Source: Lingula anatina (lineage: Eukaryota > Animalia > Brachiopoda). Taken from it: 64,000 bases of DNA. Shown in pieces: positions 1 through 17,100 of this stretch. The stretch lies in contig CM120641.1 of the NCBI GenBank assembly GCA_051362555.1, forward strand, positions 34,106,401 to 34,170,400. Direction: 5' to 3'. Below the pieces are notes generated by a model. The model ran no database searches, was not told the origin of the DNA, and saw nothing but the letters and a program-made list of their open reading frames with translations. Made by a program: the position numbers and the translations under genes. Numbering within the stretch: the stretch's first letter is position 1; each line of letters starts with the position of its first letter.

Positions 1-1091
1 GGCCACACTTTTTTAATTTTATGGATGACATCCTGCGTGCGCACCGATTTTCGTCCGTTCTCAAAAAAAAACCCCCCCCCCCCCCCCCCAAACTGCCCCC
101 CCCCCCCCCCCCAAAGGAAGTCGGTTGTCGCAAACATCGTTATTGAATTTGCCGGAAAATGCAATCGGCAATTCTCTGCTAATTCCGCAAGCTCCATACT
201 GTCATTGTCGACTGCGGAGACATCCGAGTAGTTCCGAGTGTGGAAAATGAGCTTTCTGCGCATGCGTATTATCACCACATGGAAATATGGCCGTTTTGCC
301 GTCAACTTCATCTCTAGCATTAATTTCAAAATACACGACAATTAAAGTCATAAAGAGAACGGGGGCCGTCGTTTTGGATTGGTTTGCCATTGATATTGGA
401 CATGGAGATATCACCCTTTTACAATTTTACGAAAGGCTGGCCGCGGCCAGCAATCATCGCCCGGAAAATTTCAGTTACATTCTGTCCAAAGCAGCACATA
501 CCAGTTTCTTTTTGGAGCGAAAAAAGGGTCGACAAGAGCGTCGCGGTATTTGGTGGACTGAAGGTCGGACAGGCCACCCGATAGTTGGCTGCTAGCGTGT
601 GAGTCGAAGTAGACAAAATGGCATCGACCGAAATTACCTTAGTAGTAGGAAGCATAGGCCTATCTTTGCTTAATTTTTTTAACAATTCTGTGAAGTGTTT
701 ACAATGCTTTAATTTTCTGAGAGTACAAATAAAGACACGCTATTTATTTGATATTTGTTTTATTGGTTTCTATACCAACAGAATGCATGAAATAACCTTA
801 AATAGATTTGGTAATATGCAGCATATATATTCATGACTTTTTACCTTTCTACGAAGTAGGCCCTTTTCACAATGCTTTAATATTTTGAGAGCATGGATAA
901 AGACATGTTGTTAGTTTGATACGTGTTTCTGTGGTAAATTAGTGTTTCCAGCTGTGTACTGAAAACATAACTTTTCTTAAGCAGTTTTTTTTTTTTTTTT
1001 TGGACTGTTTTTTTTTTTTTTTTTTCGCCCGCTCGCACCGACTTTGGGGTCCCCAGAGGATGTCATCCATAAAAATAAAAAAGTGTGGCCT
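1..1091. mobile_element. Non-autonomous DNA transposon with ~33 bp terminal inverted repeats (Kolobok-like ends, tentative), probably inside an ALG1 intron
   Basis: 1-33 ggccacactttttttaattttatggatgacatcc is the near-perfect reverse complement of ~1058-1090 ggatgtcatccataaaaataaaaaagtgtggcc. No long ORF; diverged internal duplication at ~700 and ~869. The left end may be clipped by the window edge. Confidence 0.75.
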
Positions 1092-1387
1092 AATGTAAAC
1101 AGAAGCTCATTGTCTTTTTTTTTTCTTGTAAGACGTGACTTTCCTGAAATTAGAAGTACTTGGGCTATAGAAAAGCAAAAATATTTTCTCCCAAGTTTTT
1201 GGCTCAAAATCTTGATTTGACCAAAAAATCACAGGTAGTATTACGTGTTAGTGTATTACCTAAATTTAAACGAAAATTGGGCTGAAAAAAGATTCAGATT
1301 GAAACCAGTTTATCATCCAATGATGCATCTTTTGGTCATGATTGGCTTGGCCTGTTCACAGACCTCTGTGATCATATATCTTTTCAG

Positions 1388-5202
<3,815 letters not shown>

Positions 5203-6672
5203 CAAATATCTGCTGGAACTTTTGGAATTCAGTAGAAAAACTGTTACTGGCCTTGCAGTTATATGGTTTAATAACATTGTTATCCTTAAAAGGAATATAT
5301 ATGGATCTTGAAGTTGAGCAACATTAACTTTGTCACTGTCAGTGTTTTTTTTTCAATGGCCATGGTTAATATATAATTAAAATATGATGTCATACATTAC
5401 TCAATAACCAATTGCATAGAACTGCTCACATCTCTCCATTTGCTGGTATATTTCTGCATATAGTATCAGCAGTACCAAGCATGTCTTCAGTTGCTGCTGC
5501 TGCTGCGTATATTTGTGCAATTTAAAGATCTTATATGTAGGACTGTCATGAGATGAAAAGTTTCAGTGATGTTCAACAGTTTCCTCCATGGAGCTGCAGC
5601 TTTTATTTTACTTAATAAAGAGTATGCCCTTGGACTTGAAATACAACCACTTATTTTAGAATATAGTTTATTTTCAGGAGTTTATCCGATTCCATGATAT
5701 TTCTGTGCACATATAAGATGCACAAATAAAATGTATATAACTATTTATAGTATCAGCATGTTTTTTTTTCTGTCAAGTAAACATCTACATGTGTAAAAGC
5801 ACAATGCAATTGTTAGCTTACACATGCTGAACTAATCCAGTAAGGTCATTGTATCATTTCATACTTGTAACAAGCTATGATGTTTATTTTGGTTCTAAGC
5901 AATGATCTCTTATCCAGTCACAAATTAATAAAATTTAAGAGGATGGAACTGCATGGCTCTTCAGTTAAAAAAAATAATAAGGAAGCTCTGTTAACAAAAA
6001 TGTGTTGTACAACAAAGTAGGCAAACTGTTTATGTGACAAACTAGAGCGGTTAAAATTTTCAATATGCAAACCAGAAGCAAAATTTTCTCTGATCTAGTT
6101 GACATTACCCCAGAAATGAGAAACAATAATGCCCTATTTTGGCCAGAAAATGACAAGCAGACGAAAGCATTTATTTCACTGTCTTTTCGCTGATAAAATC
6201 TGAAATACACCCTAAGGGAAAAATTCAAGACACTATGTATTTTGTCGTCCTTGGCAAGACACGATATTGTGAGAACATTATTATTAGTTGCTCCTCTGTG
6301 AATTGAAAAATACTGATATAAAATGGTTAAAAATGCGTCAAGTGTTTGAAAAACTTAAATACAGTATAAGTAGGGCACCATGCACTGTCACAGAGTGCAA
6401 CAGCGGTTTCTAAATTTGCATTGACTGGCTTATAGCAGTCTGCATAGTCTCTATAGTGACCTATATAATAGAGACTATATAATGTAATATAATATATACC
6501 CACACGAAGATAAAGCACACGATAGTGACAGTACGTGCTTTACTTTTCTTTACACAAGACGTGCCTTGCAGGGAATATAGTTAATATCGGTGTCTAGTAA
6601 GTACACTTAGAAGAAAACAAAGCTAAGTTTTATAATCTGTCTTTACAGTATCGCCGAGGAGAACTTCTACAA

Positions 6673-9600
6673 ATGAGGACGAGCAGAGTCTTGCTTTGTT
6701 TTACTGTAGTTTTATCAGCATGCATAAGCGAATGCAAGTATCAACCTAACTGGTCGTCTATAGACTCGAGGCCATTGCCAGCTTGGTACGATGAAGCGAA
6801 AGTCGGTGTCTTCATGCACTGGGGAGTGTTTTCTGTTCCTAGTTTTGGCGAGACGGCATGGCTGTGGGCTTTTTGGCAGAGGGATCATGTGAAGCCGTAT
6901 GTAGATTATATGACAAAAAACTACAGGCCGGGGTTCACGTATGCTGACTTTGCTCCGGAATTCAAGGCGGAGTTTTTCAACCCCGATGAATGGGCAAAGA
7001 TACTGGAAGCCTCGGGCGCAAAGTAAGTTCTTTCGACTGGTGTCGATTGGTAGAGTGCTACATGAAGTTAGCTTTTGTCGTCAGATAAGGTAGTATTGAC
7101 AATATTCTTTGCATTATAAGATAAATGAACAACAATTAAAATTGGAATGAAAATGAACATCTCTTAATCGTTTGTTATATGGCTTGTTAAGTATTCTCTT
7201 AAATAATTTTGATTGAAAGAAGGATAATGCACACATTGAAAAAAGGTAACTTGTGGTCTGATCTACCGGTGAATTAAGGATCATTTGATGTTGAGTATGG
7301 TACTAGTAGTTGGGTAGGCCTGATAATGCACAGAAAAAAACTACTTAACTACTAAATCAATGTTTTCATAATACAACCAAATGAATATTTACAAATTATG
7401 CATGTGCTATTATTATCAGGAGAGACTTGCAATATTTACTTATTATCGGCAAATTTTATATACTGGTATATATACTGGAGGTATAAATTGAATTTTTTTA
7501 AGATTTGTGAAATTGGACAGAAAAGTTGTTTATTTAGGATTAAAACCTAATTGGAATGCATAATAGGGGATTTCCTTTACAAATTGAAAAACAAGGATAG
7601 AAGGCAAACAGTTGAGGGGAGCATCGTGAATACCAGTTTTATTTATAATGGCAAAATTCTTATTCCAGATACTTTGTGATAACTACTAAACATCATGAAG
7701 GGTTTACTCTGTGGCCTTCTAAGGTATCCTTCAACTGGAATGCTATGCAGGTTGGACCCAAAAGAGATTTAATTGGTATGCAAGACATGATATTTGATCA
7801 GTTACATTGTCATGATTAATATTAAACACAAAAAATTCACCCCTTTTTCTTTTAAAGAACAGCTCAGAGGTTTTTGATTTTACCAAATGAATCTCTATAT
7901 TTTGAACATATCAAATTATTACTATTTTTCAATGTCATTCTTCTTATATAATAGGAGAGCTTGCCACTGCAATCAGAAATAAGACTAGCTTGCACTTTGG
8001 CCTCTATCATTCCCTGTTTGCGTGGTTTGATCCTTTGTATGTGACAGACAAGAGCAACAATTTCAAGACACAATTGTACCCACCGGTAAGTGTTTTGCTT
8101 TGGTTGCTTCATTAAGGCTGAATTTTAACTGCATTTTCAAAATCTGCAGCAGATTTCTATGAAAAGAATTGAACTTTGAAGGTCAACAGAAAATTATTGT
8201 TCTTTCGATGACAAAAAGTGTGCATAGCTAAACCTACACAATTGAAGGTTTTTTTTATCTTTTAATTGTTGAAATAAGTTCTTTTCTCACATGATAGCCT
8301 TAACAACGGTTGAGGTTATTTTATTCTAGTTAATAAGGTTTTTGAAGTTTTCATCTTTTATCAACATCACTTTCATTTTGAATATCATAATGACAATAAC
8401 AAACAATCTATTCAACAGGCAAAAGCCTGGCCTGAGCTGTATGAGCTAGTGAACAATTATAAGCCAGAGATTCTGTGGTCTGATGGAGATGCTGGACCTG
8501 ATTGGTACTGGAACTCTACCCAGTTTCTGGCTTGGCTCTACAATGAAAGGTTTGTACTTGAATCCAAATAGAAGACATATCCAGACATCCACCTGTATCC
8601 TTGGTTTTATTCATGCATATATGTATGACAGGTGTGGTGAGCTCACTCATGTGTGCATGCATGAGCACACATACATGTATTACCGGTATATATATTTATA
8701 TAATATTCATATGGCTCAAGATAATTTACAAACATGTAATAAATAGAAAAATTACATTAAATTGTTATACTATTTAATGCTTCAGCCTGGATTTGGCTCA
8801 AAATTTTCAGAAAAAAATACTGTAAATTTGAAACAAATTAGAAAAAAAAGACTGTGGACTGAAGCTAACAAGTGTAGATCTGTAGGTGCTGATACTCTGT
8901 TTTTTTAAAAAAAATTACATTTATGTGAAAGGCCCATGCTATTGGGAATTCAGAGTGGCCATAGTTTTTAGAATCGGTGTATTTATCAATTAGATGTTAA
9001 GGCATTTTTTTCTCTCTTTTTAGTCCTGTGAAAGATTACGTAGTGACCAATGATCGCTGGGGAAATAATGGAATAATGTGCCACCATGGAGGATATTACA
9101 CTTGTGCTGATAGATACAACCCTGGTAAACAAGTAGATCACATATACTAGTTCAGTGACTTGAGCCTGATTTGTTTTAGTATTTTGTTTTGTTTAATATG
9201 TTTACTGTTATGTACATGTATACTTGGTAAAAACCTCTTTATCAATGCAGCTATTATAATAAGTAACCACCTGAAAGGATCAAATTTTTAGTCTAAATGT
9301 AAATTTCTCTGACATAAAACTTAAAAAAAGATAAGATGTAATCTACAGTATAAGAATCAGTCATGAATTATTCAACTTTTTTTTGTTCGAGTTGGTTGAC
9401 TGCCAATTTTTTTGTATAACAGTTATGTATTTAACAAAATCATTTGACTTTAAAGTAAAAAAAAACTGTCTAAGAGCGCATTCTCAACGAACTAAGCCAG
9501 GCTTTACAAAGCCGGTGACCTAAAAATGGCGGACGTACATGAAAGAAAAACCGCCAAATCTTTTAATAGTCTCTCCGCCTCCCCACACGTCGTCCCTGCG

Positions 9601-11808
9601 GGGTACAGTAATTAAATCTCGGCTCCGTTCGCCATGCGGAAGCTACCTGAGAAATATTAAGTGCGCATGCTCATCAGTTAAACTCGTGGTGAAGAAGGCA
9701 TGGCGGCTTAAGGCGATCGAAGGAAAAAAGCTCTTCTGTTCTATTATCTTTGAAAACAGAGACGAAAAAGGAATAATTTGGCCCGTAGAGCAGCAATGAA
9801 TCGACTATCTAAGGAGATAATATCACCAGAGATATTCACGGAAATATTAATGTTCGGAGCCGAGATTTAATTACTGTACCCCGCAGGGACGACGTGTGGG
9901 GAGGCGTGTGAGAGGCGGTTAGACTATTAAAAGATTAGGCGGTTTTTCTTTCATGTACGTCCGCCATTTTTGGGTCACCGGCTTTGTAAAGCCTGGCTTA
10001 ATTCGTTGAGAATGCGCTCTTAAATTAAGAACTAAAATAACATGTTTAAAGACATCAGTCATTTCTTAAAAGAAAGTAAAGAAAAAGGAAAAAGAATGAT
10101 GTTAAAAGAGTAGTTTTTCCCTTCATTACTTGAAGGAAATTTATTACTAATTCATGAAATGTTAATCAGACTTAATTTTTCCTAATTGGAGGCAGTTTCT
10201 TAAGACTCGACACAATTTATTCAGCAAATCTCAAAGCAACAGACTTCTAAAGATTTTTTCACGTGAGAAAAGACATTACAAAGGTTATAGGGCAACTTCT
10301 AACTTCCCCTAGCACTTAGATAACATCAAACTTTAAGGTGAATAAGAAAAGAAATATAATTTTTTTCCCTGTCTTACAGGTAAACAGCAACAGCTGAATT
10401 TTTTGATAACATAAAACTTGGTGCATAAGAAAAGATGTAAAATTATTTTTCATTTTCTATCAGGTAAACTTCAGAATCACAAATGGGAGAATGCTATGAC
10501 ACTGGACCGGGTAGCCTGGGGATATAGACGCACGGTCAAACTGAGTGACTTGATGCCCATGGAGGAGTTGATATATCAAATAGCATCTACTGTTAGGTAG
10601 GGTATCAGAACCATTTCCCCACAGACAACCCCCCCCCTCCCTCATGTATAGCAACTAAACATTTAACATTACCTCTTAGGTTTGTCTAAGCTGTTTAAGT
10701 GAGCTTCATGATAGCAAATACTTTCGATTTTTTTTTTTTTTTTTTTTTTTTGTGTCTTCCTTCTTATATTCAGTAAAGTTTTCAAGATATATATTGATTT
10801 TAAAGCAGTGTATTTTCTTTCCTGGAAAGGAGGGTGTTGTCCTAGAATCGTAGGCTGTAGGCCTTATGGCATTTATCTCTTCAGAATGCTTTAACTGGTT
10901 TAGGTCTTTATGACATCACAAAAAAAAAAAAAAAAAAAAAAACTTACTCCAGTATTTATGGTTTTAATTCTTTTTCTGTCAGTTGTGGTGGAAATATCTT
11001 GGTGAATGTGGGACCAACTGCATGGGGCACCATAGTTCCAATATTTGAGCAAAAGTTACGTCAGATGGGAGAGTGGCTGAAAGTGAATGGAGAAGCCATC
11101 TATAGTACAAAGCCATGGTCCCATCAGAATGATACTGTTACCAAGCATGTGTGGTAAAAAATGGAATCACATTTAATATTATTAATGATGAAATAAAAAG
11201 ATTGTCCATTTGAATGCAAAATCTGAAAATATGAACATTTTAATGTTTTGTAAAACAAACATTTTTTTTCTTAGTTTCCAGATTCAGCTTAATACATTTT
11301 CTTATTTATCATCTCTTGTGTCAATACTTTTACATGACTAGTGCAGTTTTGATGTTGTTACCTGATGTATGATTATTAAATTTTGGCAAACAGTCCCAAA
11401 ATGACAAATGATTCTGTACACAAATTGACAAACTTTGAATGCTTTTTCAAGGCTTGCTTTACAGAGTAATTCAAATAGTACTCCTTAATATTACATGAAT
11501 ATTTTATCTCTGAAAACTATTTTTCCATTAGGTATACCTCAAAGAAAACTGGGAATGGTACAGCAGTTTATGCCATTGTCCTGAAGTGGCCGACCACCAA
11601 CATTTTGACTCTTGGTGCTCCGATCCCCACCTCTGGGACAGTGGTCACTATGCTGGGTTATGCTGGTTCTTTTGGATTCAAGGACATTGGTCAGCAGGGA
11701 ATAACCATTCGTATACCCGTGATTCCATTTTATGAAATGCCGTGTCAGTGGGGCTGGGTGTTCAAGCTGGAAGGACTGAAAAATGCTGCCTCAAAAGTGG
11801 GCTTCTGA
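6673..11808 (+). CDS. FUCA: Alpha-L-fucosidase (GH29, FUCA1/FUCA2-like) copy 1; exons 6673-7022, 7669-7775, 7955-8085, 8419-8549, 9024-9124, 10464-10596, 10983-11153, 11532-11808 (466 aa)
   Basis: Signal peptide followed by [41 protein letters not shown] (nucleophile), TNDRWG, HKWE and [10 protein letters not shown]. Exons sum to 1401 nt in frame. Confidence 0.96.
9471..10022. mobile_element. Fold-back MITE with ~160 bp inverted arms in intron 5 of fucosidase copy 1
   Basis: taagagcgcattctcaacgaactaagccaggctttacaaagccggtgacc... is mirrored by ...ggtcaccggctttgtaaagcctggcttaattcgttgagaatgcgctctta. Absent at the homologous site of copy 2 (~17300). Confidence 0.9.
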
Positions 11809-12565
11809 ATTTGTAACAGCTCACATGAAGAAGTATATTTAGGAATTCTCTTTGGAAATTGGTCAAGTCATGAAATACATGTTGTATAGTCCCTGTTGAA
11901 CTAAGTTTAGCATTGAGCATAATAAGTCTAAATTTGAGTTAAATTGAAATTCATATTTTGGACATTACAGAGATTATTTCAATAGATGAATATATCTTAA
12001 ATTGAGATTTACAGTAAGTATGGTTGTGCTGATTCATATTTGTTAATTTGAAAAATTATTTGAAATGCCTGTTTTTTTTTATTAGTATATATATATATTT
12101 TTTTTTTAATTTCACTTGAAGTTTCTTAACTGTTTGTTCTTTACTCTTATAATAGGTTTTTTATTGTCTTTTGTGTAAAGATGACAAAAAGTAAATACTT
12201 TTTTTTTTAAGTTTAAAAAAGTGACTTATCTATGAGGCATGGTATTTCGATCTTTCCAAAGAGGGCCTTGATCTCATTTTGAAGGATGTTTTCAGGTTTG
12301 CGTTTAGATCTTTCTCTGTCACCCCCCTCTCCATGCAATATTTTATTATAATTTTTGGTATGTGTGCAATTCATTTTTTGGAGGAACCAATCTTAACTTT
12401 GACACTCCTTCGGTGACCTTGACTTTGATGCACTCTAATTTATGTGTCTGATAGGATTACGGTTAGGTTATCTGAGTAATATACTCAAGGATGCTGAGAC
12501 CAGGTTGGGATAATTTATTATTAATTAAAAATTGTGAATATAGAAAATAAACCAATCATAATGAA

Positions 12566-13128
12566 TTTTGATAATCTGAAGAAAATTCATTAGATTAAAC
12601 TTTTCATTTTCTACACTAAATTGAAGTTGTAGCTTACAGAGCTTTCCGTTACTCGGTAACCTTTTGAATTCTTCGGTGTGTTTCTATGATACTGAGCTCT
12701 ATTTACTAATGTCTCAGTCCTTAATCAGATCCTTAGTGTTGTCAGGATCCTGCACCATGGAGCCAAGTGTCTCAACAAACCCCATTGGCCTGGAAGTTGA
12801 GTTGTACCATATAAATTAGGCTTTTAAGAGGTGTAAATATCCAGAATTGGCCATTAATTAAGTGGTGAACAGGTTTTGAAAATGAGTCAACATCCAATAA
12901 GGTGTAAAGAAAAGAAGATAAGTCTAAAGCCAATAGTGATTCCATACATGAAGGTGAAAGCTGAACAACAACAGAAATGTATCTATGCCAAATACGGAGT
13001 AAATGTTTGTTTTCGACCACACGAAACTCTAGAACACGTTCTGTATCACCCCAAAGACAAGCTCTGTAAGGCATAGCTTCAATTTAGATAAGAAAATGAA
13101 AAAGTTTCACATGAATGAATCCTACTAA
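12566..13128 (+). mobile_element. Decayed Penelope-like retroelement fragment
   Basis: Peptide KPIVIPYMK...KYGVNVCFRPHETLEHVLYHPKDK resembles the Penelope region between RT and GIY-YIG. Inverted ~40 bp repeats at ~12590-12630 and ~13077-13120. Absent from the paralogous flank at ~19830. Confidence 0.75.
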
Positions 13129-14152
13129 AATGAACATTCCTGTCATTTTTTATACAAAATTTTTTGTTGCACAAATTTTTGCATATGTATATGCATATAA
13201 GTATGCACACACATTTATATCTACATTTTTTACATTGGGTGAGGGTTATGTGTAATATACATTTTTGCTTTGTGCAATTTGTATTATTAAATCAATTATT
13301 TTTGAAACGTTGTTTCCAAACAAGGGTTTCATATATTTTGCTTATTCTATAATTCATATTTTAGAGTTATATTTCAAATATTTTGCTAAATATTTAACCA
13401 GGCATATTAAAATGGAATAAAGCATATTTAAAATGTTTAATATATAGTGTGGAATTTTATTGTTAAACTTATGTATATGCTCATCAATTTGAAAGGAGTT
13501 TCCTATCATTTCCATTCCTATCCTATGTGTTGTGACCTGTCACATATTACTTTTTTACTTGTTTTTTCTTAAAGATTCAATTCAGAGGTTTTAATACAAA
13601 AACCCCCAGGTTGTAATTCTGACATCTTCAGCAATTTTCTAGTACTTTAAAACGTAGCCTACTGATTAGCAAAGCAATAACTACCAAATATATGTATATG
13701 CAGTTCCAAATGACAGTGTCTACATTTGATGCTGTTACATGTACGAGAACAGTTTAAATATCTTAAGTCATAAGAAGTAGGACTTTCATCAACTGAAAAC
13801 ATTCAGTAAAATTAAAATTTTAAATATTCTTTTGGCTTACATTTCACTTAATAAAAGATATGCCCTACTCCTAGCTTGGACTTGAAATATAACCATTATT
13901 TATTTTGAAGTTCAGTTTATTTTCAGGGATTTACGCCATTCTGTGATATTTATGTACATTTGTAGGGTGCACAAATTAAATGCATACACACTGTAGATAA
14001 CCCAAAAGATAAAAGTGCGGCACGTTCATACTTTCCATGAGGCCTGTCTTGTAAACAACAGTTTAAGTATTAAAATATCGGTGTCTAGTAAGTACAGTTG
14101 TAGAAGCAAACAAGACCAAAGTTACACAATATCGCCGCAGAGAAATTCTACA

Positions 14153-17100
14153 ATGAAAACGACCACAGCCCTGCTTTGTTTCACTTTAATTGTATCAGCG
14201 TACATATGCGAATGTCAGTATCAACCTAACTGGTCGTCTATAGACTCCAGACCATTGCCAGCTTGGTACGATGAAGCGAAAGTCGGCGTGTTCATGACAT
14301 GGGGAGTGTATTCTGTCCCTAGTTTTGGCGAGACGGCATGGCTATGGGCTTTTTGGCAGAGGGATCATGTGAAGCCGTATGTAGATTATATGACAAAAAA
14401 TTACAGGCCGGGGTTCACGTATGCTGACTTTGCTCCGGAATTCAAGGCGGAGTTTTTCAATCCCGATGAATGGGCAGAGATAATTGAAGCCTCTGGAGCA
14501 AAGTAAGTTCCTAGTCTACCTATTGACCTTTAGATTGGACTCAATTTTTTCTAGTTTATTGCATTGTGTCACACTGTGTTGCTGTGTACAGTGTATCTTA
14601 GGTAGAGGGGTAAGTGTCTTCAACTAAAGTTGATTAGTCGTATATGACCCCCCCCCCCCCCCCCCCCAAAGAAAAAAAAAATCCTTGCTCACCAAAACTG
14701 GGTTAACATGCCATTTTATCATAATATTTGATGCAGCTAGAGGCATCTTTTTAAATAAAATTACAACTGTGAGCTGAATTAAGTTACATGTTATGCATCC
14801 AAAGAAAAAAATTGTGGCACAATTAGAAAATCTTCATTAGTTATAAAATTTCCCACATGTTACCACAGTACTTACTGATAACATATATTGTTCTCAACTA
14901 CATGTAAAAATCTGTAAACTTAAATCTAGAGGAGGAATAGGTAGAGAGGAGATGGAGGAGAGAGAAGTCATACTTGTATCATGTAACTTTTAGTGTAGCA
15001 AAATATATTCTGTTGAAGTTACAACATGGAGTTGTTTCATTCTTTTCCGTGTGCAGAGTTTAAGACATGGAACCTGGGAATCTCTGTAGCAGTATTACAG
15101 ATTGCATTATCCAAAGATGTGAGCCCATTGTGCCCAAACCCTGGGGTTTTATTATTAAGGGTCATTTTATGTAATGTGGGGCCCGGGATGGTCTTAGGGT
15201 GGTTTCCCACAATGCGAATCTCCTGTTTAAAACTCGAAAAAAGGAAAACTCTTGAGGGGAACACCTTGAATTACAATTTTATTCATTATTACATTCTGAT
15301 TTCAGATACTTTGTGATAACTACAAAACATCATGAAGGGTTTACTCTGTGGCCTTCTAAGGTATCCTTCAACTGGAATGCTATGCAGGTTGGACCCAAAA
15401 GAGATTTAATTGGTATGCAAGATATATGACATTTGATCAATTACTTTGAAAGTTTTTTTATTCATAAAATTAACCTCTTATCCTTTTATTTTAAAGAACA
15501 ATTGAGTTCTTTAATTTTACCAAATGAATCTTTCTGTATATTGAACATATCCTATTATTAGTATTTTCCATACTTATAGGAGAGCTTGCCACTGCAATCA
15601 GAAATAAGACTAGCTTGCACTTTGGCCTCTATCATTCCCTGTTTGCCTGGTTTGATCCCTTGTATGTGACCGACAAGAGCAACAATTTTAAGACACAATT
15701 GTACCCACCGGTAAGTGTTTTGCTTTGGTTGCATTTTCAAAATCTGTGGCAGATTTCTGCTAAAGGAATTGAACTTTGAAGGTCAACAGAAAATTATTGT
15801 TCTTTGATGACAAATACTGTGCATAACTAAACCTACACAATTGAGTGTTGTTTTTACCTTTTACTGGTAGGTCTCATGCTTTGCTTCATGCATTAGGGTT
15901 CTGTGTTAACTCCATTTTCAAAATCTACAGGGGAATTTTACTATTACTGGAATTGAACTTTGAAGCTCCGCATAATGATTTGTTTCAAATTATATGCATG
16001 ACTATACCTAAGACAATTGAATGATATTTTTACCTTCAAAAAAGTTAGATGAAGTACTTTTCTAGCTCACATTGTAACTGCAACAACTATTGAGTTGATT
16101 TTATTTTAGAACTAACTTTAATATTTTTATTTAAATATTTTTAATATTTATTATTTTTGAGGTTTTCAGTTTTTTTTCTAATAACAATATCAATTTCAAT
16201 AATAATGAAAATTTTAAATAATCTATTCAATAGGCAAAAGCCTGGCCTGAGCTGTATGAGCTAGTGAACAATTATAAGCCAGAGATTCTGTGGTCTGATG
16301 GAGATGCTGGACCCGATTGGTACTGGAACTCTACTAAGTTTCTGGCTTGGCTCTACAATGAAAGGTTTGTACTTAAATCCAAATAAGATACATATATACC
16401 CAGACAAACATGATGGAAACATGATATTGTTTTTAAATAATTTAAAAAATGTAATGTAATTGGAAAAATTTTCAATGTATATAAAATGTAATGAATGGTG
16501 GGTGCATTATCCATCAATATTTGGTTTAGAGAGTTAGCTTATGTGATGATCTTATAATTACTAAGAATAATTATATATTTCTAATATAATCAAGATAATT
16601 TACTGGCAATTAATGGATTTTTATTGAAATTGTACTTTTTATCAATGCTTCAACCTTGACTTGGCTAAAAAATTTGAGAGTAAACGTAACTGTTAATATG
16701 ACTGAAACAAATTCAAGATAAGACTAGAGACTGAGGCAAGCAAACATATATTGGGCATCAAAAGAGACCTTAGTTTCTATCATTTATATTCATTATTAAT
16801 GTATGCGTATGATTAATGAAATGTAACATGTTTTTTTTTCTCCATTAAATGTAAAGGCATTTTTTACCTTTTTTAGTCCAGTGAAAGATTACGTGGTAAC
16901 CAATGATCGCTGGGGGAATAATGGAATAATGTGCCATCATGGAGGATATTACACTTGTGCTGATAGATACAACCCTGGTAAACAAACAGCACACATATTT
17001 AAGTTCTTTACTCTGAGCCTGATTTGTTTTAGAATTTTGTTTTGGTTAATATGTGAAGCATTGTGATGAACAGAATCCTCATGTTAATGCAGCTATACTA

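Noticed and set aside
25-836. Short ORFs in the first kb, including a poly-Pro ORF
   Set aside because: They lie inside a TIR element, partly derive from poly-C runs and show no recognisable motifs.
14015-14152. 46-aa N-terminal extension of fucosidase copy 2 in the ORF track
   Set aside because: It starts at GTG. The ATG at 14153 aligns with copy 1 and begins the signal peptide.
7864-15740. Similar minus-strand ORFs at 7864-8112 and 15558-15740
   Set aside because: Antisense shadows of fucosidase exon 3.
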